Of a DNA stretch of 61,539 nucleotides, positions 56,998 through 61,539 are shown in pieces. Every line of letters begins with the position of its first letter. Positions within the stretch are counted from its first letter, which is position 1. Below the pieces are notes generated by a model. That model did no database searches and had not been told where the DNA came from. It saw only the letters and a program-made list of their open reading frames with translations. Origin of the DNA: Longimicrobiales bacterium (GTDB lineage: Bacteria > Gemmatimonadota > Gemmatimonadetes > Longimicrobiales > Gaopeijiaceae); the NCBI GenBank assembly GCA_028280525.1, contig JANQLR010000329.1, positions 1-61,539 on the forward strand, read 5' to 3'. A program made the position numbers and the translations under genes.

Positions 56998-59900
56998 ATG
57001 TCCCGACGCCTCGTCCGACTCTCTCTTCTCCTCCTCGCCCTCCTGTGCGCGATCGACCCCTCCGGAGCCTCGGCGCAGTCCCGGACCTCCTCCGCCGTCC
57101 GTGGAACGATCCGGTCGGCCGGAGGGCTGCCCCTCCCCGACGTGCAGGTCACGATTCGGAACGTGCAGACGGGGACCGAGCGTTCCGTGCTGACGAACAC
57201 CGAGGGCCGGTACCTCCTGCTGCAGCTCCAGCCCGGCGGTCCGTACGAGCTGCGCACCCGCGTGCTGGGATACGGCGATCAGGTTCGATCCGGTCTCCTC
57301 CTGCAGGTCGGGGAGTCGCTCAACCTCGACTTCATCCTTCAGGATCAGGCGATCGAGGTCGAAGGCGTCCAGGTCGAGATCGATCGGACGGAGATCTTCA
57401 ACCCGAGGCAGGTGGGTCCGGCTACGCGGCTCAGCGAGCGGGTGGTGGAGAGCCTGCCGATCCTCTCGCGCAACATCATGGATCTGGCGGTTCTCTCCCC
57501 GCTGGTGACCACGACCGAGAACGGCGGATTCTCGATCGCGGGCCGCAACGACCGCTACAACTCCCTCCTGATCGACGGGGTCCTGAACCAGGACATGTTC
57601 GGCCTGACGGCGGGCGGCGTCCCGGGAGGGCAGGGTGGCGCCAAGCTGATCCCGCTCGATGCCATCTCGCAGTACGAGGTGCTGGTGGCCCCCTTCGACG
57701 TCCGCCTCTCCGGCTTCACAGGCGGGGTTCTGAACGCCATCACCCGCACCGGAACGAACGAGTGGCGCACGCGGCTTCTCGCCGTCGGTCGGACCGAGGC
57801 GCTGATCGGGGATCTCACCCTCCCCACGGGGCCGGTCGACGCCTCCGGGGTGGACCGGTCGCTCCTGGGGGTCTCCGTCGGCGGGCCGATCGTGAAGGAC
57901 AAGGCCCACTTCTTCTTCTCGGGGGAGTGGGAGCGGCGGAACCAGCCGCCGACCGGCTTCAACGCCATCCGGGACGCGGACGTCCTCACCCGGGTGTCGG
58001 AGGGGACGATCTCACAGATCGACCAGTACTTCGGTGGCTTCGGGCTGGATGTGGGGGAGGCCGGACCCTTCCCCCTCTCGACAGACCTCGGAAACCTCTT
58101 CGCCCGGGTCGACTGGACGCTGAACAACAACCACCGGATGATCATCCGGAACGTCTTCGCCTCGGCGGCGAGCGACGCCTCACCGAACCGTGAGCCCTTC
58201 GACGCGTACGAGTTCCAGTCGAATGCGGCGCGCCGGTCCTCGAGGAGCAACACGACGTCGGTTCAGCTCTTCTCCGACCTCGGCCAGACCTACGCGAACG
58301 AGCTGACCGTTCAGCTTCAGCTCTCCTCCGACGAGACCACCCCCCTCTCCACCTTCCCGCAGGTGGAGGTGCAGGCGATCAGCCAGGTCGGCGCCGGCGG
58401 AGCGGTCACGCAGCGCCCCGTACGCGTGGGCGGGGAGTTCTTCGCCCAGGAGAACGATCTGAACCAGACCGTGCTCCGGCTCACGAACGCCCTCACCCGG
58501 GTCGCCGGCGACGACAACTTCGTGGCCGGGGTGACCGGGGCGTACTACGACTTCGAGAACCTCTTCCTGCCGGGTGCGGCCGGGGACTACTTCTTCGCCT
58601 CGCTGAACGACATGCAGGACGGCGTGGCGCAGCGCTACCAGCGGACCATCCTGCAGGACGGCGTCGATCCCGCCATCAACTTCCGCGTGGCGGAGCTCGG
58701 CGCCTTCATCCAGAACGAGTTCGATGCCGGGGGCGGGCTGACGATGCGCTTCGGGCTTCGGGCCGATGCGCCCTTCGTCCTGGACGAGCCGACGGAGAAC
58801 CCCGAGATCCTCGAGGCCTTCGGGTACAGCACCTCCCAGGTGCCGTCGGGCCGGGTCCTCCTCTCCCCTCGCTGGGGCTTCAACTGGCAGAGCTCGGAGG
58901 AGTCCCGGACCCAGCTCCGGGGAGGGGCGGGGCTCTTCGTCGGTCAGATCCCCTTCGTCTGGTTGGCGAACGCCTTCCACAACGACGGGCTGCGGACCAC
59001 GACGGCGATCTGTCAGGGGCGCCTGACCGACGATCCCGGCTCGGCGCTCGCCGTGCCCGCCTTCGACCCCAACACGCGGCCGACCGGGTGCCTCAGGGCG
59101 CCCTTCCAGCAGCTGCGCAACGTCGTCGTCTTCGACCCGGAGTTCGCCTACCCCCAGGATCTGAAGTTCTCCGTCGCGGTGGATCACGAGCTGACCGAAG
59201 AGCTGACGCTGACCGTCGGGGGGCTCATCAACCGTGCGATCAACCAGATCGTGCTGCAGGAGCTGAACCTCGGGGGGCCGGCACCGAACCTCGGGGATCT
59301 GAGCGGCTACGGCGGACTCGATCGACGCTACTTCGGGAGTCCGGTGGCGAACGGACTCGCGCCGAACCGTGAGCTGCCCGGATACGAGCAGGTCCTTCTG
59401 GCGCGGAACGAGAGCCAGGACTGGTCGACGGCGCTCACCTTCGAGCTCCGGGGGAATCTGACCGAGCGGCTCGCGATGCAGGCGGGGTACACGCTCTCGC
59501 GATCGATGGACCGCATGAGTCTCGTCGCCACCGACATGATCTCGAACTTCGGGTTCAATCCGAACGAGTTCAATCCGAACGACGTCCAGCTCGAAACCTC
59601 CAACTTCGACCGTCCGCACAAGATCGTCTTCTCGGTCTACGGCGCGCCCTTTCCCGGGCTCGACCGGACGGAGATCGCCGTCCTGTACACCGGGCAGTCG
59701 GGGGCGCCCTTCAGCTACGTGTACCGCGGCGACATCAACGGAGACGGCTATCCCGGCCTCGGGCCCGCCTTCGACCGGACCAACGACCTCATCTACGTGC
59801 CGAATCGCTCCCAGGAGCTGCCGCAGAGCCCCGGTTCCGCCGGGATCCTCGCGGCCGCGCTGGAGAACGACGCCTGCCTCCAGCGCTTCCGGGGCGAGAT

Positions 59901-60261
59901 CGCCGACCGCAACGGGTGCCGCGCGCCGTGGCAGAACCGGCTCGACCTCCGGATTGCGCACGCGATCGATCTCGCGGGCGCCGAGGTCCGCTTCGAGGGC
60001 GACCTCATCAACGTCCTCAACCTGATGAACGGAGAGTGGGGCCGGATCGAGTCGGTCCGCCCGGTCGTGCCCGTCATCGAGCCGGTCGGGCGGCAGCAGG
60101 CACTTCCCCCGGCGGTCGGAACGCTCGTCTCCCGCTGGTCGGGCGCGATCCTCCCGACCGTCGGTGGTGGTACGCCGACCGATCCGTGGTCGGTTCAGAC
60201 GCCGAACTCGCAGTGGCAGGCACAGTTCGGGGTGCGGGTGACCTTCGGCGGGGCGCGCTGA
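56998..60261 (+). CDS. Oar-like TonB-dependent receptor
   Basis: Signal peptide, carboxypeptidase-reg-like domain, YNSLLIDG, APFDVRLSGFTGGVLNAITRTGTN, LSPRWGFNW, terminal QFGVRVTF. Confidence 0.9.
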   Translation: MSRRLVRLSLLLLALLCAIDPSGASAQSRTSSAVRGTIRSAGGLPLPDVQVTIRNVQTGTERSVLTNTEGRYLLLQLQPGGPYELRTRVLGYGDQVRSGLLLQVGESLNLDFILQDQAIEVEGVQVEIDRTEIFNPRQVGPATRLSERVVESLPILSRNIMDLAVLSPLVTTTENGGFSIAGRNDRYNSLLIDGVLNQDMFGLTAGGVPGGQGGAKLIPLDAISQYEVLVAPFDVRLSGFTGGVLNAITRTGTNEWRTRLLAVGRTEALIGDLTLPTGPVDASGVDRSLLGVSVGGPIVKDKAHFFFSGEWERRNQPPTGFNAIRDADVLTRVSEGTISQIDQYFGGFGLDVGEAGPFPLSTDLGNLFARVDWTLNNNHRMIIRNVFASAASDASPNREPFDAYEFQSNAARRSSRSNTTSVQLFSDLGQTYANELTVQLQLSSDETTPLSTFPQVEVQAISQVGAGGAVTQRPVRVGGEFFAQENDLNQTVLRLTNALTRVAGDDNFVAGVTGAYYDFENLFLPGAAGDYFFASLNDMQDGVAQRYQRTILQDGVDPAINFRVAELGAFIQNEFDAGGGLTMRFGLRADAPFVLDEPTENPEILEAFGYSTSQVPSGRVLLSPRWGFNWQSSEESRTQLRGGAGLFVGQIPFVWLANAFHNDGLRTTTAICQGRLTDDPGSALAVPAFDPNTRPTGCLRAPFQQLRNVVVFDPEFAYPQDLKFSVAVDHELTEELTLTVGGLINRAINQIVLQELNLGGPAPNLGDLSGYGGLDRRYFGSPVANGLAPNRELPGYEQVLLARNESQDWSTALTFELRGNLTERLAMQAGYTLSRSMDRMSLVATDMISNFGFNPNEFNPNDVQLETSNFDRPHKIVFSVYGAPFPGLDRTEIAVLYTGQSGAPFSYVYRGDINGDGYPGLGPAFDRTNDLIYVPNRSQELPQSPGSAGILAAALENDACLQRFRGEIADRNGCRAPWQNRLDLRIAHAIDLAGAEVRFEGDLINVLNLMNGEWGRIESVRPVVPVIEPVGRQQALPPAVGTLVSRWSGAILPTVGGGTPTDPWSVQTPNSQWQAQFGVRVTFGGAR

Positions 60262-60475
60262 GGGGGAGGTCGCACCGGCGCCCCCTATCGCCACCGGGCC
60301 ACGCGGGGGCCGCGAGGCAGCGTCTGCAGACCGTTTCAGGTGTGACCGTGTGCACGCCCTACCGGTGGCGGGTACGTCGTGCATGGGACGACGTTCGAGC
60401 TGCGGCTCCAAGATCGCACCCCGGTCGCGCACCGCCGGTTCGCGACCGGCGACGAAGGGGACGCTCGAGCCGTTC

Positions 60476-61318
60476 ATGTGGGCCTTGGCGCTGGTCGGTC
60501 TGGCAACCAGTGCCCCGCTCTCGGCGCAGAGCCGGTCCACCTCCGCGATTCGGGGCGACGTAACGCTTCCGACCGGTGCGGCCGCCGAGCAGGTCTTCGT
60601 GCGGCTTCGAAACGAGTCGACCGGTCTGGAGCGCACTGGCCTGACGAACACCTCGGGTCGCTTCCTCTTCCTGGGCCTCCCCCCTGGCGGCCCGTACCAG
60701 GTCGAGGTGTCGCTCCTCGGCTACGCGGCGGTGACGCTCTCCGATCTGACGCTGGCGGTCGGGGAGACGCGGCCCCTTCGGATCGCGCTGACGACCGAAG
60801 CGGTCCAGTTGGAGGGGATCAACGTCGAGCTGGTGCGGGACGAGCTCTTCGACCCGGGTCGGATCGGACCGGTGACGCTGATCTCGGCGCGGGAGATCGC
60901 CCAGGTCCCGCTCCCGACGCGGGATCTGACGCAGCTGGCCCTTCTGTCGCCCCTCGTCACCCGCACCGAGTCGGGCGGCTTCTCCGTCGCCGGACAGAAC
61001 GAGCGGTACAACTCGATCCTGATCGACGGGCAGACGGCTCGCGATCCCTTCGGCCTGACCCCCGGCGGGCTGCCGGGCGGAGCGGCGGGCGGAAAGCTGA
61101 TCCCGCTCGATGCAGTCGCGCAGTACGAGGTGCTCGTGGCGCCATACGACGTGCGCCTCTCGGGCTTCACCGGTGGGGTGATGAATGCGGTGACGAAGTC
61201 GGGAACGAACCGGTTCGAGGCGACCGCCTTCGCGTCGCACCGCCCCTCGGCGGTTGGGGGCGAGTTCGTTCTGGAGCCTAGCGACGGCCAGGAAAGAGGA
61301 CGCGAGAGTAGACCGTAG
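60476..61318 (+). pseudogene. Second Oar-like TonB-dependent receptor, truncated after the plug domain
   Basis: Collinear paralog of 56998-60261 (YNSILIDG, APYDVRLSGFTGGVMNAVTKSGTN). Similarity ends at about 61275, where composition shifts and a stop follows. This could be an assembly artefact rather than a true pseudogene. Confidence 0.6.
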
Positions 61319-61539
61319 CCTTGAGCAAGAAGACAGAGTACCATCGCTGTGTACACAGTACACATAGCGATAGTTGTGAGGAAGACATGATCAACCGGCG
61401 GAAGCAACGAGCATTGCCATTGAAGACGGCAGACTCTAAAACGAGCTGCCATCGAGCTGTTTGGTGTGGTCATAACAACAAAAGCGTGGATGAAAGAGTT
61501 TGGAGTGTAGAATTAGAAAAAGTGGAAGTGTGTGAAGAT
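61280..61539. other. Compositionally foreign low-GC terminal segment
   Basis: Hand counts of three lines give 27/60, 28/60 and 14/39 G+C, versus about 70% upstream. Confidence 0.75.

Noticed and set aside
59553-59582. 15-bp tandem duplication (FNPNE/FNPND) in the receptor
   Set aside because: It is in frame and trivial, probably loop slippage.

Overview
High-GC (roughly 70%) bacterial DNA. The gene repertoire (SusC/SusD pair, Oar-like TonB-dependent receptors, many signal-peptide proteins, 6-bladed beta-propellers) suggests a Gemmatimonadota-like diderm, which is an inference. The window holds: a LysR-controlled DabBA (DUF2309) inorganic-carbon pump; an mhqO/mhqD-like pair followed by a RuvC-like orphan; a dispersed ~39 kb alpha-glucan and glycolysis region (PPi-type Pfk, ROK repressor, SusCD, GH97, Na+/sugar symporter, Glk, GlgP, GlgB, GlgA, MalQ, MFS, two GH13 enzymes, FbaA); a porin-nrfH-nrfA operon whose NrfA has CXXCH at heme 1; a lower-GC three-gene islet encoding a secreted 10-Cys miniprotein and two beta-propeller proteins; signalling genes; a P450; amidohydrolases; and two tandem Oar-like receptors. 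The second receptor is cut off by an abrupt switch to ~45% GC sequence at the window end. A recurring 23-bp palindrome (ATTYGTTY-N7-RAACRAAT) upstream of several operons looks like the operator of the local ROK repressor. No rRNA, tRNA, CRISPR array or transposase was recognised.
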